From contig CACZAN010000033.1 of assembly GCA_902779165.1 (NCBI GenBank), positions 23,310-87,309 on the forward strand: a stretch of 64,000 nucleotides of DNA. The letters are read 5' to 3'. The translations under genes were made by a program, and so were the position numbers. The stretch is from an uncultured Bacteroidales bacterium (GTDB lineage: Bacteria; Bacteroidota; Bacteroidia; Bacteroidales; Bacteroidaceae). Below, in pieces: positions 46,125-55,221 of this stretch. The notes beneath the pieces are model-generated. The model did not search any database and was not told where the DNA came from. It was given only the letters and a program-made list of their open reading frames with translations. The number at the start of each line of letters is the position of its first letter. Position 1 is the stretch's first letter.

Positions 46125-47345
46125 ATGCTTAAACGTACTTTCTTCCTCCTTCTCGTGTCCTTCTGTTGCATCACCACGGAGGCTCAAGACTTGGCATACC
46201 GGATGGCTGCGAGCAATCCTCATCTCAGCTACGATAATACGCGTACCCTCGGGTTTGAACTGGACAACATCTCGTTCTTCAAGGACAATGAATTCGAGGG
46301 CGAACAGGCCCACGGCTACTCGTTGCCGGGACTCTGGCTGCAGCCGAAGCTGAACTACCAGCCGCTGGATGCTATCCGCCTCGAACTGGGACTCCACGCC
46401 CTCATCTTCAGCGGGGCGAACAAGTACCCTTGCTACGTCTATCATGACATCGGACGTTGGAAGGGAAATCAATATCAGAGCGGTGCGCATCTGTTGCCGT
46501 TTTTCAGGGCACAGGCGCAACTGAAACGGGTGACCTTCGTGCTCGGGAACCTCTATGGAGGCGCCAACCATCGTGTGATGGAACCGCTGATGAATCCTGA
46601 GGTAAACCTGACGCAAGACCCGGAAATGGGGTTCCAGCTGTTGGTGGAATTACCGCGCTGGCGACTGGATGCATGGCTGAACTGGCAGAGCTACATTTTC
46701 AAGGAAGATACCCATCAGGAAGCTTTCACCGTTGGTTTAAACCAAAGGGTAGAACTCTCTGGGAATGACAAGTCTATAAAATGGTATATACCTATTGACA
46801 TTCTTGTCCAGCACCGCGGTGGTGAGCAGGATACGACCTCAATGGGAGTACAGACGATTACCAACGGCGGAGTGGGAATCGGAATGCAGTGGGCTCCTCG
46901 CAGCCGTGTGCTTCGTCGTCTGACGGCAGAGGCAGCTGTCCTCGGGTGCTGGCAGCAGAGCGGTAAGTTGTGGCCTTTTGATATCGGTGTCGGAGGCAGT
47001 GTCTCAGTGTCCGCAGAATTCGCATACGATTTTCGCGCCTTTGCCAGCTTCTTTGCGGCCCGCGATTTCGTGTCGCTCTATGGTGCACCGTTTTATACCA
47101 CGCTCTCCCAGAAGGAATCTGGAGCACGTTTCTCTTACTTGCTGACACCGCATGTTGGGGCGGAATGGCATCATACTTTTGCCCGCGATTATACCCTCGG
47201 AGCGAAGATCGATTACTACCCTTTGGCAGCGGGACAACTGACGCATATCACAGGGGCCAAAGACCCTGCGGCCTTCAGCAATAACTTTTCTTTCGGGATC
47301 TATATGCGTTGTAATCCCCGTTTCCTCTTGAAACGGTTTAAATAA
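46125..47345 (+). CDS. Hypothetical outer-membrane beta-barrel protein
   Basis: Signal peptide MLKRTFFLLLVSFCCITTEAQ, alternating beta-strand pattern and a terminal aromatic-rich end. Confidence 0.55.
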   Translation: MLKRTFFLLLVSFCCITTEAQDLAYRMAASNPHLSYDNTRTLGFELDNISFFKDNEFEGEQAHGYSLPGLWLQPKLNYQPLDAIRLELGLHALIFSGANKYPCYVYHDIGRWKGNQYQSGAHLLPFFRAQAQLKRVTFVLGNLYGGANHRVMEPLMNPEVNLTQDPEMGFQLLVELPRWRLDAWLNWQSYIFKEDTHQEAFTVGLNQRVELSGNDKSIKWYIPIDILVQHRGGEQDTTSMGVQTITNGGVGIGMQWAPRSRVLRRLTAEAAVLGCWQQSGKLWPFDIGVGGSVSVSAEFAYDFRAFASFFAARDFVSLYGAPFYTTLSQKESGARFSYLLTPHVGAEWHHTFARDYTLGAKIDYYPLAAGQLTHITGAKDPAAFSNNFSFGIYMRCNPRFLLKRFK

Positions 47346-48366
47346 AGTTGACTTCCGGCTGAATGTCAATCTGAAAGCGCTCGCGGACAGAGGTCTGAAT
47401 GGTTCGGCAGAGTTGTGCGATTTCCTCGCCGGTAGCTCCTCCGAGGTTCACGAGTACCAGTGCCTGTTTCTCATAGACTCCGGCTCTTCCCAGTGCTTTG
47501 CCTTTCCACCCACATTGTTCTATCAGCCACCCGGCGGGAACCTTTACATGTAGAGCATCTACTTCATAATGAGGCACTTCGGGGAACTCCCGTGCGATGC
47601 GATTGTATTCGTTTCGCAGCACAATGGGGTTGGTGAAGAAACTGCCGGCGTTTCCCAGCACCTTCGGGTCGGGCAGCTTACCCTCGCGAATTCCAATAAT
47701 GGTGGCGCGCAGCAGGGCGGCATCGAGTTGGTTGGGTTCTATTCCGTTCTTCGACAGCGCCAGTCGCAGTCCGCCGTATTCGAGGTTCGGTTCGAAGTCG
47801 CGGCTGAGGCAGAAACGGACGTGGGTGACGGCGTAGCGGCCACGCAAGCGGGTCTTGAAGATACTGTGGCGGTAGGCGTACAGACATTCGTAGTTGGTGA
47901 ATTGTCGCGGTGTTCCTGTTTGAAGGTCAATGGTTTCTACGAGTGAGATAACATCCTTTGCCTCTGCACCGTAGGCCCCTATATTCTGCACGGCGCTGGC
48001 TCCCACTTCTCCGGGAATCAGCGAGAGGTTTTCGAGTCCGTACCAGCCGTGACGAACGGCGTAGTCTACGAAATCGTCCCACACGACAGCGGCTCCCACG
48101 CGCACTTCCACTTTCCTGTCGGCGTCTGAAAGCAGTTCAATACCTTTGATGCGGCTGTGGAGTATCGTGCCTTCGAAATCCTTTGTAAACAGCAAGTTGG
48201 AACCTCCTCCGATGTGGAGTAGGGGAGTGTGGTCCATTTGTTCGTTGCGCTGTCGGATGAACGCCTGCAGTTCCTCTGCGGAATCGTATTCCACGAGGCA
48301 ACGGGCGCGGGCTGCAATGCCGAAAGTGTTGTGCCCAAGGAGAGAGCAGTGTTCGGATATTATCAT
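47338..48366 (-). CDS. murB: UDP-N-acetylenolpyruvoylglucosamine reductase
   Basis: FAD-binding N-terminal domain (LLHIGGGSNLLF) and the MurB C-terminal domain. Confidence 0.9.
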   Translation of the reverse strand: MIISEHCSLLGHNTFGIAARARCLVEYDSAEELQAFIRQRNEQMDHTPLLHIGGGSNLLFTKDFEGTILHSRIKGIELLSDADRKVEVRVGAAVVWDDFVDYAVRHGWYGLENLSLIPGEVGASAVQNIGAYGAEAKDVISLVETIDLQTGTPRQFTNYECLYAYRHSIFKTRLRGRYAVTHVRFCLSRDFEPNLEYGGLRLALSKNGIEPNQLDAALLRATIIGIREGKLPDPKVLGNAGSFFTNPIVLRNEYNRIAREFPEVPHYEVDALHVKVPAGWLIEQCGWKGKALGRAGVYEKQALVLVNLGGATGEEIAQLCRTIQTSVRERFQIDIQPEVNFI

Positions 48367-48381
48367 CTATTTTCTTGATTT

Positions 48382-49257
48382 TCAATTATCAAACTCCGTC
48401 AGGCGCCAGCGTCCGAGCGCGTCGCGCTGGAAGACGAAGAGGTTTTGCATACTGTCTCTGAAGCCTCTCATCTGGAGGACGACGCGGTTGGGGTTGTTGT
48501 AAAGCTGGCCGTAGTTGATGTTCACAAGTACGGCTTGTGGTATCTCGGGTGCAAATTCGAACCACTGATCCACGTCGATGGTTCCCCTCACGACATCTTC
48601 CTCCGAATCCTCGCTGGAAATAGTGAACAGCAAGGGGTTCTGTACGTGGCGGCGCTGACAGGTGCTGTCGGTGGCGAAGGTGCGGTAGAAGTCTAAGAAT
48701 TCATGGAGGGGATAGTCGTCGAACGATACGGCGCGCTTGGCAGCAAGCATCCACGGAGACGTCTTGCTATCGCGCTTGAATTCAAATGCTTCCACTACGC
48801 GGCTGTGGAGGTAAATGTGCTCCACGCGGGCCTTCAGCAGTGCTGTGTCGTTGGCCAGAGCCATTTGTGGGCGGCTGTTCCAAAGCACGGTGCAGAAGTC
48901 CTGCCCCAAGGTCATTGACCGATAGGACCATTCGCTCTGCTGGATTTCATAGTGTTTGCCGTTGAGTTCTTCCACGGGTAGCGGAAACTGTATGCGGCGT
49001 CGCTGCACGCGGTTGCTGTTGTCGAAGAGGAAGAGGAAGTCATCAAAGACTTGGTCGACCGAGTCGGGCAGGGGTGCGTCTTTATAAGCCTCGTCGAGCA
49101 GCAACGTGTCTGCCTCATAGAGGAAAGAGTCGGCCTGCTCCTCATCGGGGTCGGCCTGCTGGAGATCGAATGATTCTTTTGAATCATGATTGTGATGGAG
49201 GCAGGCAACGATGAGAAGGCATCCCATTAGAGTCCAAAAGACCCGTTTTCCTTTCAT
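48382..49257 (-). CDS. Hypothetical lipoprotein
   Basis: I trimmed the start to MKGKRVFWTLMGCLLIVAC (lipobox). A TAATTTTG box lies upstream. Confidence 0.55.
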   Translation of the reverse strand: MKGKRVFWTLMGCLLIVACLHHNHDSKESFDLQQADPDEEQADSFLYEADTLLLDEAYKDAPLPDSVDQVFDDFLFLFDNSNRVQRRRIQFPLPVEELNGKHYEIQQSEWSYRSMTLGQDFCTVLWNSRPQMALANDTALLKARVEHIYLHSRVVEAFEFKRDSKTSPWMLAAKRAVSFDDYPLHEFLDFYRTFATDSTCQRRHVQNPLLFTISSEDSEEDVVRGTIDVDQWFEFAPEIPQAVLVNINYGQLYNNPNRVVLQMRGFRDSMQNLFVFQRDALGRWRLTEFDN

Positions 49258-49296
49258 TTTTCGAGTACTTTTTCTTTCCTTTTTGATAAAATCATG

Positions 49297-49304
49297 CAAA
49301 ATTA
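49297..49304 (-). promoter_or_regulatory. -7 box upstream of the lipoprotein gene (start 49257)
   Basis: The reverse complement reads taattttg. Confidence 0.45.
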
Positions 49305-49348
49305 CGCTTTTCTTTCCAAACATCGTGCATTTTTCGGCAGAAAAGTGT

Positions 49349-49356
49349 TACCTTTG
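49349..49356 (+). promoter_or_regulatory. -7 box upstream of pheS
   Basis: tacctttg lies 39 nt upstream of the ATG at 49395. Confidence 0.5.
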
Positions 49357-49394
49357 CGCAGTTTTTGAAGAAAAATCAATAGAAAATAAGAAAT

Positions 49395-50414
49395 ATGCTC
49401 GAAAAAATCAAGCAATTGCTCGAAGAAGTGAACGCTCTGGCAGCGGTCACCCCCGAGGAGGCAGAAGCCTTACGAATCAAGTACCTCAGCAAGAAAGGCG
49501 AGGTCAGCAAGCTGATGGAAGATTTCCGCAGCGTGCCGGCTGAAATGAAGAAGGAAGTCGGCATGAGAATCAATGAACTGAAGGCGCGTGCCACCGAACG
49601 CATCAACGAACTGAAGGCTGCTGCCGCAGCGCAGGAGACCGTGGCCGACGATGTGGACCTCACGCGCACTCCTTATCCTATACCTCTCGGAACGCGTCAT
49701 CCGCTGACGATCGTGAAGAATGAAATCGTGGATATTTTCTCGCGCTTGGGCTTCACCCTGGCCGAGGGTCCCGAGGTGGAGGATGACTGGCACGTCTACA
49801 GTTCCATGAACTTCGCCGACGACCACCCCGCTCGCGACATGCAGGACACATTCTTCGTGGAGGCTCACCCCGATATCATCCTCCGCTCCCACACCTCGTC
49901 TGTTCAAGCCCGCGTCATGGAGCGCACCCAGCCCCCTATCCGCGTTATCTGTCCGGGCCGCGTCTACCGCAACGAGGCCGTCAGTGCCCGTGCTCACTGC
50001 TTCTTCCATCAGGTGGAAGGATTGTATATTGATAAGAATGTCAGCTTCAAGGATTTGAAGCAGGTATTGCTGCTCTTTGCTCAGGAGATGTTTGGTCCCG
50101 AGACGAAGATTCGCCTGCGTCCCAGCTACTTCCCGTTCACCGAACCGTCGGCCGAAATGGATGTCAGCTGCACCATTTGCGGTGGCAAGGGCTGTTCGAT
50201 GTGTAAGGGCTCCGGCTGGCTCGAAATCCTCGGATGCGGCATGGTGGATCCCGCAGTGCTCGAAGCAAATGGTATTGATAGCACGCAGTACACGGGCTAT
50301 GCATTCGGAATGGGAATTGAGCGCATTGCGAACCTGAAATATCAGGTGAAGGACCTGCGCCTGTTCTCGGAGAACGACGTTCGTTTCCTCGAAGAGTTCA
50401 CGGCAGCCAATTAA
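49395..50414 (+). CDS. pheS: Phenylalanine--tRNA ligase alpha subunit
   Basis: Class II aaRS motifs (FFHQVEG, GFAFGMGIERI) and a full-length 339 aa. Confidence 0.95.
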   Translation: MLEKIKQLLEEVNALAAVTPEEAEALRIKYLSKKGEVSKLMEDFRSVPAEMKKEVGMRINELKARATERINELKAAAAAQETVADDVDLTRTPYPIPLGTRHPLTIVKNEIVDIFSRLGFTLAEGPEVEDDWHVYSSMNFADDHPARDMQDTFFVEAHPDIILRSHTSSVQARVMERTQPPIRVICPGRVYRNEAVSARAHCFFHQVEGLYIDKNVSFKDLKQVLLLFAQEMFGPETKIRLRPSYFPFTEPSAEMDVSCTICGGKGCSMCKGSGWLEILGCGMVDPAVLEANGIDSTQYTGYAFGMGIERIANLKYQVKDLRLFSENDVRFLEEFTAAN

Positions 50415-50415
50415 A

Positions 50416-50561
50416 GACCCACCCCCCGCCCTCCCTTTAGGGAGGGAGTTATTACATTTCAAGAATTGTTAGTTTTTCTGCAGATAATCTATTAAATGGA
50501 AAAAAGAACTCCCTGCGAAAGTGAACAGTGCCTCCCTACAGAGGAGGGAGGGGGGAGGATC
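50416..50561. mobile_element. GC-hairpin MITE-like element, copy E5 (arm 50416-50448 and a degenerate arm 50530-50561)
   Basis: Same architecture as E1. The centre holds the ATG at 50496 of the ABC ATPase gene. Confidence 0.7.
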
Positions 50562-51197
50562 TTTTTCTCTCATGCCACCCTCACCTTAGGCGATCGCACG
50601 CTGTTCCGCCACCTTGACCTCACGGTAGGGCAGGGGCAGTTAATAGGTCTCTCCGGCGAAAGCGGTTGTGGAAAGACGTCGCTGCTCAGAGCTGTGCTTG
50701 GCTTTGTGCCGCTGACCTCCGGCAGCGTTGAGGTTTGTGGGTTGCCGCTGGACGCGCATCACGTTGATGCCATCCGTCGGCAAACCGCCTACGTGCCCCA
50801 GGAGCTGCAACCCCTGGCGGAAAAGGGCGAGGATTTGATTCATCTCACACATCATCTGGAACATAATCGCACTGCCGCCCAGGCAGAGCGGGCAGAGTGC
50901 TTGGCGCAGATCATGAAAACGCTGGGCCTTGATGCCTCGTTGCTGCAGCTGGCAGCCCCCAAACTCTCGGGCGGTCAGCGACAGCGACTGCTGCTGGCTG
51001 CTGCACTGGCTTTGCAGAAGCCGCTACTGCTGCTCGACGAACCCTCGTCGGCTCTCGACGAAGACAGCACGCAGCGAGTGGGACTCGCTCTGCTGCGGGC
51101 CTGCCACGAGGAAGGCGGTGCCGCCCTCATCGTCAGCCACGACCCGGTGCTGCTCGCCGTTTGTGATCAGGTGATAGATTTAAATAGGTACGCTTAG
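50496..51197 (+). CDS. ABC transporter ATP-binding protein (YbbL/FetA-like); N-terminal ~22 codons come from repeat element E5
   Basis: Walker A GESGCGKTS, signature LSGGQRQR and Walker B LLLLDEP. There is no alternative in-frame start between the repeat and Walker A. Confidence 0.8.
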   Translation: MEKRTPCESEQCLPTEEGGGRIFFSHATLTLGDRTLFRHLDLTVGQGQLIGLSGESGCGKTSLLRAVLGFVPLTSGSVEVCGLPLDAHHVDAIRRQTAYVPQELQPLAEKGEDLIHLTHHLEHNRTAAQAERAECLAQIMKTLGLDASLLQLAAPKLSGGQRQRLLLAAALALQKPLLLLDEPSSALDEDSTQRVGLALLRACHEEGGAALIVSHDPVLLAVCDQVIDLNRYA

Positions 51198-51275
51198 GTA
51201 CGCCTGGGTAAGCCTCGGAAAACCTGAAATATCTTCGGAGATTATAGGAAAACTTAGGTAAAAATTTTCAACTCG

Positions 51276-52202
51276 ATGAAACTCGCTCTCATTCAGCAAC
51301 CCTGCACGCCCTCCGTTGAGGATAATCGCCTGCGTCTGGCGGCGGCTATTGCCGACGTGGCGGATCGCGGCGCACAGCTCGTCGTCCTTCAGGAGTTGCA
51401 CAATACGCCCTATTTCTGCCAGACGGAGTCGGTGGATAACTTTGACCTCGCCGAACCCATTCCCGGGCCCTCGACCGAGTACTTCGGTGCGCTGGCCCGC
51501 AAGCATGAGTTGGTGATTGTCACCTCGCTCTTCGAGCGCCGTGCTGCAGGGTTGTACCACAATACGGCCGTAGTGCTGGAGCGCGACGGCAGCATTGCCG
51601 GCATCCATCGGAAGATGCATATTCCCGATGACCCCGCGTACTACGAGAAGTTCTACTTCACTCCTGGCGACCTCGGTTTCCGTCCCATCGAGACCTCGGT
51701 AGGTAAGCTGGGCGTGCAGGTCTGTTGGGACCAGTGGTACCCCGAGGGCGCCCGACTGATGGCGCTGGCGGGAGCCGAAATCCTCATTTATCCCACGGCA
51801 ATCGGCTATGAGAGCAGCGACACGCCTGAGGAGCAGGCACGTCAGCGACAGGCGTGGCAGTTGGTGCAACGCGGTCACGCGGTGGCAAACGGTCTGCCCG
51901 TGGTGGCCGTGAACCGTGTGGGTCACGAACCCGACCCGAGCGGACAAACCAATGGTATTCAGTTCTGGGGAAGCAGCTTTGTCGCTGGCCCGCAGGGCGA
52001 ATTGCTGGCCGAAGCCTCGCAGACGGCAGCCGATAACCTGCTTGTGGATATCGACTTCAAGCGCTCGGAGCAGGTGCGCCGCTGGTGGCCCTTCCTTCGC
52101 GACCGCCGCATTGAAGAATACGGAGACTTGCTGCTGCGGTATCGCGAGAAGCCCACCCCCGACCCCTCCCCGGGGAGGGGAGTTGGGAGGTTTAAAGGTT
52201 GA
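51276..52202 (+). CDS. aguB: N-carbamoylputrescine amidase (carbon-nitrogen hydrolase family)
   Basis: Nitrilase-superfamily E-K-C context (VLQELH..., VCWDQWYPE). The last ~17 codons (PTPDPSPGRGVGRFKG) run into a GC-hairpin repeat. Confidence 0.85.
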   Translation: MKLALIQQPCTPSVEDNRLRLAAAIADVADRGAQLVVLQELHNTPYFCQTESVDNFDLAEPIPGPSTEYFGALARKHELVIVTSLFERRAAGLYHNTAVVLERDGSIAGIHRKMHIPDDPAYYEKFYFTPGDLGFRPIETSVGKLGVQVCWDQWYPEGARLMALAGAEILIYPTAIGYESSDTPEEQARQRQAWQLVQRGHAVANGLPVVAVNRVGHEPDPSGQTNGIQFWGSSFVAGPQGELLAEASQTAADNLLVDIDFKRSEQVRRWWPFLRDRRIEEYGDLLLRYREKPTPDPSPGRGVGRFKG

Positions 52203-52251
52203 ATTCGCCCATTAACCCCATTTGCCCCATTAGACCCATTTGCCCCATTAA
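52151..52251 (+). repeat. Composite intergenic element: variant GC hairpin (cccctccCCGGggagggg) followed by a 5-unit CCCCATTAN 9-mer array
   Basis: gcccacccccgacccctccccggggaggggagttgggaggtttaaaggttgaa is followed by gcccattaa ccccatttg ccccattag acccatttg ccccattaa. It is homologous to 54319-54410. Confidence 0.8.
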
Positions 52252-52263
52252 TAAAAAAATCCC

Positions 52264-53478
52264 GTGGCACTTCATTATACCCCCAATACTTCTACCATCA
52301 GCGACCTCACGCTGCACCTTGATCTCCCCTCCTTGCCGAAGGAGGAGCAGACGGAGTTGCGCGGTACGTTCTTGCCCGCCGAGTGGTATCCTCAAAGTGG
52401 CGTGCAGCTCACTTGGCCCCACGCAAATACCGACTGGGCAGAACTCCTTCCGGAAGTGGACGATTGTTTTGTTCGCATAGCACTCGAAGTGCTGGCCCAC
52501 GAGGAGAAACTGCTGATAGTGACGCCGGAACCCGACCGCATCCAGCGCCTGCTGCACGAGCGGATTCCCTCGCGTCTGCTGCCGCAAGTGCGTTATTTCG
52601 AATGTCCTACGAATGACACTTGGGCGCGCGACCATGCTTTCCTGACGTTGATTACGGAGGAGGGCCCGCGGCTGCTGGACTTCCAATTCAACGGCTGGGG
52701 CAACAAGTTTCCTGCGGAGCTGGATAATCAGATTTGCAGGAGAATGGTGGATGAGGCTAATGAGGCCAATGAGGCCGATGGGGCAAATGGGACTAATGGG
52801 GCCAATGAGGTTATTGGGGCTGATGGGGCGTTGCTGAGGGGTGTTTATGAGCCGCACCTCGACTTCGTCCTCGAAGGCGGAAGCATAGAGAGCGACGGCC
52901 GCGGCACGCTGATGACTACCAGCGAGTGCCTGTTGTCGGCCCAGCGCAACCCTTCGCTCAACCAGCAGGAGATAGAACGTCGCCTGCTGCACTTCTTCCA
53001 CGCTCAGCGCGTACTGTGGGTGGACCACGGCTACCTCGCAGGCGACGACACCGACAGTCACATCGACACCCTCGCCCGCTTCTGTCCGAACGATACGATT
53101 GTTTACGTGCAATGTACCGACCCCGCTGACGAACACTACGAGGAACTTCGCGCCATGGAAGAGCAATTGAAGACCTTCTGTGTGATGGGCAATGCTGTCG
53201 GCGAGGGCTACCGCCTGATTCCGCTGCCACTGCCGGCGCCCATCTATGACCCGGAGGACGGCCACCGCCTGCCCGCCACCTACGCCAATTTTCTCATCCT
53301 CAACCGCGCTGTACTGCTGCCCACCTACGGACAACCCGAGCTCGACGAACTCGCCCGCCGTCAGTTGCAGAAGGCTTTCCCGCGCTATGATGTGGTGCCC
53401 GTCGACTGCCGCATACTGATTCGTCAGCACGGTTCCCTGCACTGCTCCACGATGCAATATCCTGCCGGCGTTCTTTAA
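52264..53478 (+). CDS. aguA: Agmatine deiminase with an in-frame 9-bp repeat insertion
   Basis: WPH..TDW, LEGGSIESDGRGTLMTTSECLL, HIDTLARF and a GSLHCSTMQ catalytic Cys. The GTG start is uncertain. The insert EANEANEADGANGTNGANEVIGADGA lies at 52753-52830. Confidence 0.85.
   Translation: MALHYTPNTSTISDLTLHLDLPSLPKEEQTELRGTFLPAEWYPQSGVQLTWPHANTDWAELLPEVDDCFVRIALEVLAHEEKLLIVTPEPDRIQRLLHERIPSRLLPQVRYFECPTNDTWARDHAFLTLITEEGPRLLDFQFNGWGNKFPAELDNQICRRMVDEANEANEADGANGTNGANEVIGADGALLRGVYEPHLDFVLEGGSIESDGRGTLMTTSECLLSAQRNPSLNQQEIERRLLHFFHAQRVLWVDHGYLAGDDTDSHIDTLARFCPNDTIVYVQCTDPADEHYEELRAMEEQLKTFCVMGNAVGEGYRLIPLPLPAPIYDPEDGHRLPATYANFLILNRAVLLPTYGQPELDELARRQLQKAFPRYDVVPVDCRILIRQHGSLHCSTMQYPAGVL
52753..52830 (+). 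repeat. In-frame 9-bp tandem array (about 8.5 units) inside aguA, inverted relative to the 52207-52251 array
   Basis: The units are gaggctaat gaggccaat gaggccgat ggggcaaat gggactaat ggggccaat gaggttatt ggggctgat. They start on a codon boundary, since (52753-52264) is divisible by 3. Confidence 0.85.
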
Positions 53479-53542
53479 ACTTCTTAAACCATTAAACCTC
53501 TTCAACCATTAATCCTCTTAAACTGCGGCAACGCCGCGTCCC

Positions 53543-54316
53543 ATGGATATATCACTCACCTCTTTGGCCGTAGGCCTCCTGCTGTTGCTGATTCCGCTGT
53601 TTTTCCTTTGGAAACTGCGGACGGGATTGGTACGCGCCACGCTGGTGGCCGCGGCTCGTATGATTCTGCAGCTGTTCCTCATCAGCATTTATCTCCGCTA
53701 CCTCTTCGAATGGGATTTGCCGTGGCTGAATACGCTGTGGGTGATTATCATGGCGCTCATCGCCACGCACACGACCGGTCAGCGTACGGGCCTGCGCAGC
53801 TCCGTGGTGGCGGTGCCGTCGTTTGTGGGTTTCCTGATTTCGGCGTTGGTGGTGGGATTCTTCTTCCTCTGCTTCGTACTTCGGCTCGACAACCCGTTTG
53901 CCGCCCGCTATTTCATTCCGATAATGGGAATCCTGATGGGAAATATGTTGGGTGTGAATGTGTTGACACTGAGTACGTTCTACAGCGGAATTCGTCGCGA
54001 ACAGGCTACGTATTACTACCTCCTCGGCAATGGCGCCACCCGTTTCGAGGCGTGGCTGCCTTTCATGCGAGAGGCCGTCATCAAGAGCTTCACCCCCTGT
54101 ATTGCAAATATGGCGGTTATGGGGATTGTGGCCCTGCCAGGAACGATGATTGGACAGATTCTTGGTGGCTCGTCGCCAGACGTGGCGGTGAAATACCAGA
54201 TGATGATTGTCGTCATCACGATGGCTTCTTCTATGCTCTCCCTGATCCTCAGCCTTTGGCTGTCTACCCGCCGTGCTTTCGATGCGTTTGGTAGGCTGGG
54301 AGAGGTGGAAAAGTGA
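53543..54316 (+). CDS. UPF0014/FetB-like ABC transporter permease
   Basis: Polytopic membrane protein of about 257 aa resembling YbbM/FetB. It is the likely partner of the ATPase at 50496. Confidence 0.6.
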   Translation: MDISLTSLAVGLLLLLIPLFFLWKLRTGLVRATLVAAARMILQLFLISIYLRYLFEWDLPWLNTLWVIIMALIATHTTGQRTGLRSSVVAVPSFVGFLISALVVGFFFLCFVLRLDNPFAARYFIPIMGILMGNMLGVNVLTLSTFYSGIRREQATYYYLLGNGATRFEAWLPFMREAVIKSFTPCIANMAVMGIVALPGTMIGQILGGSSPDVAVKYQMMIVVITMASSMLSLILSLWLSTRRAFDAFGRLGEVEK

Positions 54317-54318
54317 GA

Positions 54319-54410
54319 GCCCACCCCCGCCCCCTCCCGGGGAGGGGAGTTGAAAGATTGAAATAGCCCATTAGACCCATAAAGCCCATTAACCCCATTA
54401 ACCCCATTAA
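54319..54410 (+). repeat. Second copy of the composite GC-hairpin + 9-mer array element
   Basis: gcccacccccgccccctcccggggaggggagttgaaagattgaaata is followed by five 9-mer units. It sits between the permease stop and the PPIase start. Confidence 0.8.
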
Positions 54411-54422
54411 AAATAAATAACT

Positions 54423-55172
54423 ATGCCCCTCCGTCCCGCCTGTCGCTGTATTTCAGCGACTTCCCTCTTCCTCCTCTGCGCCCTCTTTATGGTGAGCCTC
54501 CTCCTCCCAGCCTCCTCCCTCTCTGCCAAACCCAAGAAGAAGCCGGCGGTGGTGCGGTTGGAGACCACGGCGGGAGTGATTCGGGTGGAGCTCAGCGACG
54601 AGACCCCGAAACATCGCGATAACTTCCTGAAGATTGCCCGGGACGGCGTACTGGACAGCACCCTCTTCCACCGAGTGATCAAGGACTTCATGATTCAGGG
54701 CGGCGACCCCGACAGCAAGGTGCATCAGGCTCCCGACGGAATGCTCGTATCGCCGCCGCGAAATAAGCCCTTGGGCGAAGGCGACCTCGGCTACACCCTT
54801 CCGCCGGAGTTCGATCTGCCGTGGCTGTTCCACGAAAGGGGAGCGCTGGCAGCGGCTCGCGAAGGGGACGACGTGAACCCTGAGCAGCGCAGCAGTTCCA
54901 CGCAGTTCTACATTGTCTACGGACGCTCGTGGGGCGAGAACTCGCTCGGCAAGGTGCGGGCGCAACTGGCTGAGAATGACATCGAAATGACGTATGATAT
55001 GTGGCAGACGTACCTCACGAAGGGTGGCGCACCGCACCTCGACGGCACCTACACGGTTTTCGGTCACGTCATCGATGGAATGAAAGTCGTGAAAGCCATT
55101 CAGGCCGTGGCCACAGACAGCCTCGATCGTCCGGTGGAGGATGTCATCCTGTTGCGCGCGGTGGTGGAGTGA
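54423..55172 (+). CDS. Cyclophilin-type peptidyl-prolyl cis-trans isomerase, secreted
   Basis: Signal peptide and the FHRVIKDFMIQGGDP motif. Confidence 0.85.
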   Translation: MPLRPACRCISATSLFLLCALFMVSLLLPASSLSAKPKKKPAVVRLETTAGVIRVELSDETPKHRDNFLKIARDGVLDSTLFHRVIKDFMIQGGDPDSKVHQAPDGMLVSPPRNKPLGEGDLGYTLPPEFDLPWLFHERGALAAAREGDDVNPEQRSSSTQFYIVYGRSWGENSLGKVRAQLAENDIEMTYDMWQTYLTKGGAPHLDGTYTVFGHVIDGMKVVKAIQAVATDSLDRPVEDVILLRAVVE

Positions 55173-55221
55173 ACTATTGAAAGATAATGCACTTTGTGGC
55201 GTAAATAATAAGGTATATAGT

